Both the position numbers and the translations under genes were made by a program. From Candidatus Thorarchaeota archaeon (GTDB lineage: Archaea > Asgardarchaeota > Thorarchaeia > Thorarchaeales > Thorarchaeaceae), in the NCBI GenBank assembly GCA_003345595.1, contig PRDI01000095.1, positions 1-13,680 on the forward strand: a stretch of DNA of 13,680 bases. The letters run 5' to 3'. The notes beneath the pieces were generated by a model that made no database searches, was not told where the DNA came from, and saw only the letters and a list, made by a program, of their open reading frames with translations. Positions 1 to 7,130 of the stretch are shown in pieces; position 1 is the stretch's first letter; each line of letters starts with the position of its first letter.

Positions 1-1404
1 GTGCTCAATGTCATGCACAAGACCGAAGAGGAGGTCGCTGAGGAGATTATGGCAAGTCCTCATACCCAACACTTGACTTTCAAGACCGGGCTGCCAGATC
101 ATCTATCTGTACTCTTCGGATTGAGGGTTTGCAGGAATCTCAGACACCTCACCATAGAAGATGATAAGCGCGATGAAATGGATTTGGCTTTTCTTGAACA
201 TTGCCCCAAACTAGAACGTCTTGAAATACACAAGTTCGACGGCAAGAAGATCGACCTCACACCTGTTGGAGAGTTCCAGAGTGGCATCAGGGTGATTGAC
301 ATCTACTACTGCAAGAACGTAGGAACAATAGACTTGTCGCCGCTGCGCAAGACACGCGACCTTGAGTCACTGCATGTCACCCTTACGAAACTCTCGAGCC
401 TAGACCTCTCTCCCTTGACCGGGCTAAGGAAACTAAGAGAACTGAATGTGCATACTGACCACCTGTCGAGCATAGACCTCTCGCCCGTGGCTGAGTCTGC
501 GCTGACAAAGCTGAAACTAGCCCAGAACAACCTGAGAGATGTGGATCTGTCTCCGCTAGCCGGCCTGAAGGAACTGTGTGAGCTTGGGCTAGGCAACAAT
601 GAACTGCAAAGAATAGATCTCACTCCCCTGACAGGATCTGCCCTGGCAATCCTGCACCTGTTCGGCAATAAGCTGACAGGGGTAGACCTGTCGCCCATCG
701 GCGAGTGTCCCCTTGAGGAGGTTCTGTTGAATACCAACAGAATCGTCCACATAGACCTAGGACCATTGTCAGGATGCACAACCCTCAGGAGGCTGGAACT
801 TGCGGGGAATCAGCTGACCGATGTGGACTTGGCGCCCTTGGGGTCCTGCTCTGCGCTTTCGGAACTCAGCCTATCGTACTCCTCACCATCAACATCATTA
901 CGCAGCACCCTCGAAAACATAGACCTAGGTCCCCTTAGGTCCTGCAGAGAACTCAAGGTGCTTAAAGTATCAGGTCACGCTATCAAGACCGTGGATCTTT
1001 CTCCGCTCGCGGCATGCGCCAGTTTGGAAACGCTCAAGCTCGACTGCAACCGACTGTGCTCAGTGAATCTCTTTCCGCTGTCCGCTTGTAGGAAGTTGAA
1101 TACGCACTGTCTATCCGGGAATAGAATCAGGACAATAAACCTTGAGCCGCTCAAAGACCATCCCGAGATTCAGGACATAGAGTTACAGGTCAACAAGCTC
1201 AGATTCTTGGACCTTACACCACTCGCCAACTGCGCCTGCCTAAAGAAGGTCGATATGTGGGACAACCCTATTGCCGACTTGGTCGTCCCTGATTTCTCTC
1301 ATCGTGCGAAACCCGTGTTGCTTGCGCTGCCAGCTGAGCTGCTCGAATCTGACAAGGCGTGTCTGGGGGCGAACTCAGAGGCGGTATATGGTTCTCACCT
1401 TTAG
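1..1404 (+). CDS. Leucine-rich repeat protein (about 15 repeats, mostly 23-24 aa)
   Basis: Recurring LxxLxLxxNxLxx(I/V)DLxPL units, e.g. LTKLKLAQNNLRDVDLSPLAGLKE and LRRLELAGNQLTDVDLAPLGSCSA. Ends with an LRR-cap-like DMWDNPI. No signal peptide visible. The GTG is at base 1, so the true start may lie upstream. Confidence 0.93.
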   Translation: MLNVMHKTEEEVAEEIMASPHTQHLTFKTGLPDHLSVLFGLRVCRNLRHLTIEDDKRDEMDLAFLEHCPKLERLEIHKFDGKKIDLTPVGEFQSGIRVIDIYYCKNVGTIDLSPLRKTRDLESLHVTLTKLSSLDLSPLTGLRKLRELNVHTDHLSSIDLSPVAESALTKLKLAQNNLRDVDLSPLAGLKELCELGLGNNELQRIDLTPLTGSALAILHLFGNKLTGVDLSPIGECPLEEVLLNTNRIVHIDLGPLSGCTTLRRLELAGNQLTDVDLAPLGSCSALSELSLSYSSPSTSLRSTLENIDLGPLRSCRELKVLKVSGHAIKTVDLSPLAACASLETLKLDCNRLCSVNLFPLSACRKLNTHCLSGNRIRTINLEPLKDHPEIQDIELQVNKLRFLDLTPLANCACLKKVDMWDNPIADLVVPDFSHRAKPVLLALPAELLESDKACLGANSEAVYGSHL

Positions 1405-1697
1405 AAGCATGACACTGCTTGGCATGACGTTATAGGTTGGCATCAAGACGCAGGTCTATGCAGGCAGCCAGCCTAGCTGAGTGGGGGTGCGTCCAGCACG
1501 AGAAGTGCTCGCCTGAGGTTTCAGTCACTCCCGGCCAGACCAGACCGTGGCTACTGTTCACAGTTCATAACATCCGACTCTTCGGCAACAACAAACTGAA
1601 CGCCGGCCCAGTAGGAAAGGAGTACGGGCGACGAAACACCACTAAGCTGGGAATCAACCTATGCCGAACCTCGAAGGGGCAGCGCGTGTTGTGCGTT

Positions 1698-1728
1698 CGA
1701 GAAACAAGGTCGTTTTCCCGAGAAACAA
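1698..1728. repeat. 10-bp direct repeat CGAGAAACAA x2 (21-bp period) just downstream of the tRNA 3' end
   Basis: Copies at 1698-1707 and 1719-1728. On the tRNA strand they read TTGTTTCTCG (U-rich, terminator-like). Confidence 0.5.
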
Positions 1729-1735
1729 ATGAGAA

Positions 1736-1811
1736 TGGAGCCGGCTAGGGGAATTGCACCCCTGTGGAAAGGATCTGCAGTCCTTCGCGTAAGCTACTCC
1801 GCCAAACCGGC
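1736..1811 (-). tRNA. tRNA-Cys (GCA), intron-less, CCA encoded
   Basis: Minus strand: GCCGGTT TG GCG GAGTAGCTTA CGC G AAGGA CTGCAGA TCCTT TCCAC AGGGG TGCAATT CCCCT AGCCGGC T CCA. Complete 76-nt cloverleaf with anticodon GCA, G37 and the U73 discriminator typical of tRNA-Cys. Confidence 0.96.
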
Positions 1812-1837
1812 TTCGAGAGTAGCCTCACAGTTTCATG

Positions 1838-1845
1838 ATATTAAG
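1838..1845 (-). promoter_or_regulatory. Candidate TATA box for tRNA-Cys
   Basis: CTTAATAT on the minus strand about 27 nt upstream of the tRNA 5' end, in an AT-rich patch. Confidence 0.5.
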
Positions 1846-1961
1846 CATTATGGCAAGTATTGCTCACAACAGAACCTCACCGTGAGCAAACTCCTTCCAG
1901 AAAACATTGGAAGCAGTCAGACTTATCTGATTACAGCCAACGGGAAATCGTGGGACTACAC

Positions 1962-2249
1962 ATGAGAATCAAGGCCGTGCTTCGGGACGACAAGATACTT
2001 CACATGCCTCCTGGCTCCGCGGAGAGAATCCGAGCAACTGCAGAGAAGAACTATGATCGACTTGTGAATCTAGGTAGTCTGCTCAAGGTAATGGGTCTCG
2101 GTGACGAAGACAGGATCAAGATGCTGCAGTCCTTCTCAGGTGAAAGAATTCATATCTGGTTGGCCAAGGAGTCAGATCAGCATCTGGTGTGCTTCAGCAA
2201 GAACGTAACGCTGCAAGAAGAGGACTTCGTGGGTTATCAGTGGCAGTAG
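1962..2249 (+). CDS. Hypothetical protein (95 aa)
   Basis: From ATG 1962 (MRIKAVLRDDKIL...VGYQWQ) the composition looks like a normal globular alpha/beta protein. The TTG-1860 extension in the ORF track is probably not translated. No family recognised. Confidence 0.75.
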   Translation: MRIKAVLRDDKILHMPPGSAERIRATAEKNYDRLVNLGSLLKVMGLGDEDRIKMLQSFSGERIHIWLAKESDQHLVCFSKNVTLQEEDFVGYQWQ

Positions 2250-2275
2250 GCAATCCCAGGCCTGCCAATGGAAGC

Positions 2276-3040
2276 CTACTTGCTCTTGGCCCGAGTGTTG
2301 CGTTCTGCATAGACCAACCTTGTTGCGGCCTGGAGATTCGCAGGTAACGCTGTCCGATGTTTCTTGAATTCGCCTTCGACATACTCCAGCTCGCCGGCAA
2401 TTCTCATCACCTCTTCGTCGAGCTCCCAGATGTGATCCCCAGCCCTAAGCGAATCTTTCCCGACATGCATCTCCATCCTCCGGATCACTTCGAACTGCTC
2501 GATGAGGTTCGAGGCGAGCCTCGCCAGATTCCTGCGGTCGAAATCAGTCTCCTCGGTCATTTCCCTTATGATGTCCTCGATGCTCTCGAGGACATGCTGA
2601 ATAGCACTGTATGCCTCATACTCGTTTGGGTATCTGTCTGCATGGGTCTTGGCAATCCTATACGCTTCATCCGGCCGGTCTTCTTCCACAAGCATTCTGC
2701 AAAGGTCATCGGCGATCGAATGACTCGCTGGCCTCCTCTCGAGGAGCCCTCTGTACAGTGATTCTGCCTCCTCTGTGCGCAGGGAATTGTCAAGAAGACG
2801 GCCGAGCGTTGAGGTTGCCTGTTCGTGGTCAGGGTCCCTCTTCAGAACGGATCTGAGTACCGACTCGGCCTCTCGGTCCCGTTCTGTTCTTGAGAGGATG
2901 ATGCCTAGCATTGCCTTCAAATCGAGATCTCCCGGATAGTGCTCCAAAGCATCCCGAATCAGCTTTTCTGCCTCTTCGTGATCCTCGCGGCTGCAAAGAC
3001 CAGAAGCCATCGCAAGGACTCTTCGTATCTCTTCGCTCAT
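2276..3040 (-). CDS. Tetratricopeptide repeat protein
   Basis: TPR units EEAEKLIRDALEHYP...LKAMLGIIL, REAESVLRSVLKRDP...ATSTLGRLL and EEAESLYRGLLERRP, followed by a helical C-terminal half. Start is ATG 3040 or GTG 3055. Confidence 0.88.
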   Translation of the reverse strand: MSEEIRRVLAMASGLCSREDHEEAEKLIRDALEHYPGDLDLKAMLGIILSRTERDREAESVLRSVLKRDPDHEQATSTLGRLLDNSLRTEEAESLYRGLLERRPASHSIADDLCRMLVEEDRPDEAYRIAKTHADRYPNEYEAYSAIQHVLESIEDIIREMTEETDFDRRNLARLASNLIEQFEVIRRMEMHVGKDSLRAGDHIWELDEEVMRIAGELEYVEGEFKKHRTALPANLQAATRLVYAERNTRAKSK

Positions 3041-3082
3041 CGCTCTCAACGCCACCTTTGGGCCAAGTTCGGGTCAAAACAC

Positions 3083-3122
3083 GTCTTAAGACAAGGGCAA
3101 TCTTTGCAGACGCGTTTTTATG
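3083..3122. promoter_or_regulatory. Divergent promoter region for the TPR gene and cysS
   Basis: Palindrome GTCTTAAGAC (3083-3092) has a TATA-like core placed for the TPR gene. TTTTTATG (3115-3122) is placed for a cysS transcript starting near 3145. Confidence 0.4.
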
Positions 3123-3155
3123 TACTCTTTGGAAGACACACATCGGGTTCCTGAC

Positions 3156-4589
3156 TTGATACATGTGTTCAACACGCTTTCCCGGTCAAAGGAAGAGTTC
3201 ATGCCGCTTGACGGAAAGAACGTCCGCGTATATGTATGCGGGCCCACTGTATATGACTATCCACACATAGGCAATGCTAGGTCGTTCGTCGTGTTTGATA
3301 CGATAAGGCGCTACCTAGAGTACAGCGGATATAGGGTTCATTTCATCACTAACTTCACAGACGTGGACGACAAGATGATTGCCCGAGCCCACGACGAAGG
3401 CATTGCGGTCGCAGAACTTGCCGCGAAATTCATCGCAGAATATCAGCGAATTGCTAAGGAACTGAACCTGAAACCGGCGAATGCCAACCCAAGAGCCACA
3501 GAACATATCGATGACATGGTTGACATGATCAAACGAATCGTGGACAACGGTACGGGTTATGTTGTCGATGGGAATGTCTACTTCGACGTGAGCGCGTTCG
3601 CGGCCTATGGCAGCCTGTCCAAGATGCCGGTTGATCAAATGACCGCAGAGGCCAGAATAGAACCCGATGAGAACAAGCAAGACCCACGAGACTTCGCCCT
3701 CTGGAAGGCCGAGAAACCGGGTGAACCATCTTGGGACAGCCCTTGGGGCAAGGGAAGACCGGGATGGCATGCAGAGTGCTCAGCGATGAGCCGACACTAT
3801 CTTGGAGTTCCATTCGACATACATGGTGGAGGACAGGATTTGATATTCCCTCATCATGAAAACGAGATCGCACAGACTGCTTCAGCCTACTCGATAAAGA
3901 CTCCGGTCAAATACTGGCTTCACAACGGCTTCCTAACCATCAACAAGGAGAAGATGTCGAAATCCCTAGGCAACTTCTTCACTGCCCGCGAAGTCCTCGA
4001 TCATTACAATCACCAGGCAGTCCGCCTGTTCTTGATATCAGCTCAATATCGGCAACCGCTCGACTACAGCCCTGAAGTACTCAACCAAGCAACTCAGTCC
4101 TTGGAAAGACTTCGAAACGCACTTGACGTACTGGAAGGCAGACTGTCGTTAATAGAGAAAGGCGGCACTAAGCCAGCCCAAGCAGACTCGAAGCTTGCCG
4201 AGGCAGTCAAGAAGATCAGAGATGGATTTGAGAGGGAGATGAATGATGACTTCAATACGCCCGGGGCACTGGCAGAAGTGTTTGCACTTGTTAAGTCGGT
4301 AAATACATACGCCAGCAAAGTTGGGAAAGCCTCGGCCATAAGAGAAGCACGTTCAGCGCTGCTCGAGTTGATGAGTGTGCTCGGAATCGATCTCGAGACG
4401 AAGACGACACGAGAAGCTTCGGCGAGCGATGAGTTGTTGGGGCAGGTGGTCGATCTGCTCCTCCAAATCAGGGAAGAAGCGAGGAAGAGTAAGAACTACG
4501 CTCTCTCTGATAGGATAAGGAACGGACTCGCTGAGGTCGGCATAACAGTTTCAGACACGAAAGACGGCCCGACTTGGAAAGCAGAGTAG
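3156..4589 (+). CDS. cysS: Cysteine--tRNA ligase (class I CysRS)
   Basis: Motifs [67 protein letters not shown] and a C-terminal SDRIR...D...G..W anticodon-binding domain. TTG 3156 gives the usual (M)IHVFNTL N-terminus; ATG 3120 overlaps the TATA candidate. Confidence 0.98.
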   Translation: MIHVFNTLSRSKEEFMPLDGKNVRVYVCGPTVYDYPHIGNARSFVVFDTIRRYLEYSGYRVHFITNFTDVDDKMIARAHDEGIAVAELAAKFIAEYQRIAKELNLKPANANPRATEHIDDMVDMIKRIVDNGTGYVVDGNVYFDVSAFAAYGSLSKMPVDQMTAEARIEPDENKQDPRDFALWKAEKPGEPSWDSPWGKGRPGWHAECSAMSRHYLGVPFDIHGGGQDLIFPHHENEIAQTASAYSIKTPVKYWLHNGFLTINKEKMSKSLGNFFTAREVLDHYNHQAVRLFLISAQYRQPLDYSPEVLNQATQSLERLRNALDVLEGRLSLIEKGGTKPAQADSKLAEAVKKIRDGFEREMNDDFNTPGALAEVFALVKSVNTYASKVGKASAIREARSALLELMSVLGIDLETKTTREASASDELLGQVVDLLLQIREEARKSKNYALSDRIRNGLAEVGITVSDTKDGPTWKAE

Positions 4590-4625
4590 GCGGTTTCTCC
4601 TGCAGCTAACTTAAGCCCCGTTCAT

Positions 4626-4937
4626 CTAGCGTTGGTCCAATTCCTAAGCTCTACGATATGCCTTCAGAGCTTCTTCCCTCTTCTGCTCATGCAGCACCGT
4701 TCCAAGGTTGTGCCATGGACTTGCATACTGTGGGCTGAATTCCGGAGCCCCGGGAAGTGCCCTCTCAGCCTCGTCGTGTTTCTGCAACAGAGTCAACTGG
4801 CTGACAAGGTTGCTTCATGTACTTGCTTTCTCTGGGTAAAGCCGCGTAAGTTGGTGAGAAACATCCTCTGCGTCGAAAAGATTTCCTTTGTTGTACAGCT
4901 AGAACGCGGTAGAGTTCAGCTCTTCTAACTTGCCCAT
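4626..4937 (-). pseudogene. TPR-protein pseudogene with three in-frame stops
   Basis: One frame from ATG 4937 (SD AAGGAGGA at 4943-4950) reads MGKLEELNSTAF*LYNKGNLFDAEDVSHQLTRLYPEKAST*SNLVSQLTLLQKHDEAERALPGAPEFSPQYASPWHNLGTVLHEQKREEALKAYRRA*ELDQR*. TPR consensus is clear. Internal stops: TAG 4899-4901, TGA 4815-4817, TAG 4644-4646. Confidence 0.82.
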
Positions 4938-5228
4938 ACGGATCCTCCTTCACTTGCCACTACAGGATTGGCACCATTGCTAGCGAAAATCATCCCGCAA
5001 ATAGCTTTATGGCCGCATAGGAAACGATGCGATAGTGAGCGACTCAGTTGGCGTGGCCAACTCTCTCATTCCTCACGTGCCTAATGAAAGACCCAAACGC
5101 AGTGCCTCGTGAACAATCATTCAATACTCCGAAGTCACCGCCAAGGTCTTCAAGCACAAGCAGATGAAACTCGAAATTCCATCCTTAGGCCGGCCGATGG
5201 TAGTCGGCCTTGAAGTCGGTCTGGCCCT

Positions 5229-6617
5229 TCACTTCTTCATAATCTGGTGCTTGACGCTTATGTACAGCCCGGCGTCTTCCAAGATAAAGACTCGCGGATC
5301 GGGATTCTCCTTCAGGAACCTCTGCATTAGCTCACGCAGAACTCGCTGCGCATCCGCCGGATTGCGAGGGTTTATGCCTTCCATCCTGTAGATGTCACTC
5401 AGCATCTTAGGATCGAGTTGGGTGACGACCTTGATGTTTCGCTCTGCGACGTCTAGCAGAATCCTGTACAGATCGGGCACTTTCTGATTCCCAATCCTGA
5501 ACGTCTTCTCAGAGCAGTAGTTCTCGATGGAGAATCTCAGCGCGTCCTTGACCTTCATATCCAAGGTAGCTTTCATGGCCTCCTCAAACGGCAAAGCACC
5601 AATACCTTCCTGACACGGGGCTAAGAGCACTATCCACCCGCAGAGGTCGTGCTTCACGGCGTTCCACGCAGCGTGGATACCCTTGCCAGCCTGATACAAA
5701 TTGATTCCCAAATCGCCGACGGACACGAACACTATGTCGGCAGGTGTATCCACATCTACGACTCTCATCTTCTTGAGGGGTGCCGAGGCCGCCTTGTGAC
5801 ACTCAATGATATCGCCGGCCTGAACGTAGACAATCTGGCCGCTGTTGATGATGGTATCAATACAGAAGATTGTCAGATGCTTCTTCATGCTCTCTGTGAT
5901 GTCAATCATGTCCTCAATCACAGGGTTGCCTTTCGTGTTGCCGAGTCTGCACTCGGGCTTGAATCCCTTCTCAAGGTCGAACATCCTTGGGTGGTTCACG
6001 CGAATTGTTTCTCTGCCAGCAACGCCTGGACAAAACAGCTTGACAGTCCCAGCCTGGCCGGCAAAATAGTGATACTCCGAGTCACTCAGAACTATCACCA
6101 GACAAGAATCCAAGACCTTTTCGTCAATCAGTATGGGCGTCCCCATTTTAGTGCGGCCCATCTCGCGATTCCCGGAGTCGGAGTCGTGTGTGATGACATT
6201 CGCCTTCCACTCCTTGTAGAGGGCCGGACCTAGCACCTTGTTCTCTACTGCCTCTGGTTTGACTGGCCCATGTGAACCACTGGCCACCATGATTCGTATG
6301 TCGTCCTTTTGCACACCTAGGGTGGTCAAGCGTGCTGCGACAAGCGGGAACAGAGCACGGGTGTGTATGTTGGGCCTAGTATTGTCATCGACGAGGACGA
6401 CGATCTTCTTCCCTTTCGAGTAGGCCTTCTTGACAACTTCGTCAAAGGGTTTCGACCCTGCAGGCCTTGCCAGGACCTGTTCCAGTTTCGTCTTCAGATC
6501 TTTGAAATCAGCCTTGTACTCTGCGACACGCAGTATCGTGAGCTTCTTTACGCTTGATGGAATGAACTCGTCAACGACCGTGGTTCCGTACTTCAGAGGA
6601 GTCTTGTGATAGGACAT
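5229..6617 (-). CDS. larA: Nickel-pincer-dependent lactate racemase family (LarA-like) racemase/epimerase
   Basis: Motifs LKYG, VDDNTRP, ASGSH, HD, HYFAGQAGTVKLFCPG, NH and NLYQAGKG match the LarA catalytic and cofactor-binding positions. Likely start ATG 6617 (MSYHKTPLKYG). Substrate cannot be determined. Confidence 0.9.
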   Translation of the reverse strand: MSYHKTPLKYGTTVVDEFIPSSVKKLTILRVAEYKADFKDLKTKLEQVLARPAGSKPFDEVVKKAYSKGKKIVVLVDDNTRPNIHTRALFPLVAARLTTLGVQKDDIRIMVASGSHGPVKPEAVENKVLGPALYKEWKANVITHDSDSGNREMGRTKMGTPILIDEKVLDSCLVIVLSDSEYHYFAGQAGTVKLFCPGVAGRETIRVNHPRMFDLEKGFKPECRLGNTKGNPVIEDMIDITESMKKHLTIFCIDTIINSGQIVYVQAGDIIECHKAASAPLKKMRVVDVDTPADIVFVSVGDLGINLYQAGKGIHAAWNAVKHDLCGWIVLLAPCQEGIGALPFEEAMKATLDMKVKDALRFSIENYCSEKTFRIGNQKVPDLYRILLDVAERNIKVVTQLDPKMLSDIYRMEGINPRNPADAQRVLRELMQRFLKENPDPRVFILEDAGLYISVKHQIMKK

Positions 6618-6871
6618 GCTGTTCCCCGCTACGGACTTGTAGGCCACGATATGTAACAGTTGTGGTCCCAACGAACGCTGGAAATCCGATCCGACAACAT
6701 GTCAGTCCGAGGGGCACTGAGAAAAAGAGGGATCAAGTTACCATGCAGGCTATCTAGGGTCGTACCAGTCGGCTATCAAGCCTGGTGTCCTTGAAGGAAT
6801 CTAGATGTCGTACTGATATGCCACGTAGCCTTCGCCAAGGTACGATCAGTACCTCAGACTGCCGCTTACCT

Positions 6872-6886
6872 CCAAAACCTTAAATC
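6872..6886 (+). promoter_or_regulatory. Candidate distal BRE/TATA promoter (P1) upstream of tfb
   Basis: CCAAAAC-CTTAAATC, with a predicted start near 6908-6909. Confidence 0.45.
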
Positions 6887-6953
6887 CAAAGTTGCCCAAT
6901 GAGCTGTAGGGGAGAGCAAGCGAAGTTACTCGGCCGATAGTGAACCATCTTTT

Positions 6954-6968
6954 CGCAAACTTTATAAG
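6954..6968 (+). promoter_or_regulatory. BRE/TATA promoter (P2) upstream of tfb
   Basis: CGCAAAC-TTTATAAG is a near-consensus archaeal BRE plus TATA box. Predicted start is near 6991-6993, about 140 nt before the tfb ATG. Confidence 0.65.
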
Positions 6969-7000
6969 CGCGAATGCGCATCTTCCCTCCTAATAAGCCT

Positions 7001-7130
7001 ATGGGAGCTAATGACGGGGCCCGTGCCCCACCTCCATGGGGGCGCCGCCATGCCAGCCGTGTTTTGGTGTATGTATGAGGATACACGAGACACTGTATTG
7101 TTCCCATCCGCAACGCCGAGGTGAATACAC
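7001..7130 (+). ncRNA. Putative structured cis-regulatory 5' leader of tfb
   Basis: Four nested stems found by eye. S1: 7001-7013/7096-7107. S2: GGGGC/GCCCC. S3: CATGG/CCATG. S4: 7059-7072/7081-7093. SD GAGGTGA at 7118-7124 and anti-SD CACCTC at 7029-7034. Confidence 0.45.

Noticed and set aside
301-1260. Periodic GACCT-like nucleotide motifs as a CRISPR array or DGR template/variable repeat
   Set aside because: Explained by LRR codons. There are no identical repeats with spacers, no adenine-specific mismatch pattern and no reverse transcriptase.
1729-1965. 78-aa ORF (+) and the overlapping 103-aa ORF 1437-1748
   Set aside because: The first is the antisense of tRNA-Cys and its promoter. 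The second has no convincing protein character beyond a possible LRR relic.
4632-4953. ORF-track calls 4632-4928 (+) and 4765-4953 (-)
   Set aside because: They are the antisense and off-frame shadows of the TPR pseudogene.
5040-5082. Minus-strand GTGAGGA...CTGA as a C/D box sRNA
   Set aside because: Imperfect C box, only about 22 nt between the boxes and no D'/C' pair.
5187-5210. Hairpin GGCCGA-TGGTAG-TCGGCC downstream of larA as a terminator or SECIS
   Set aside because: Only 6-8 bp, with no U-tract, no SECIS core motif and no in-frame UGA in larA.
7001-7107. tfb leader read as a tRNA, tRNA-Sec, SRP RNA or RNase P RNA
   Set aside because: No T-loop, anticodon arm or CCA, and none of the SRP or RNase P conserved motifs.
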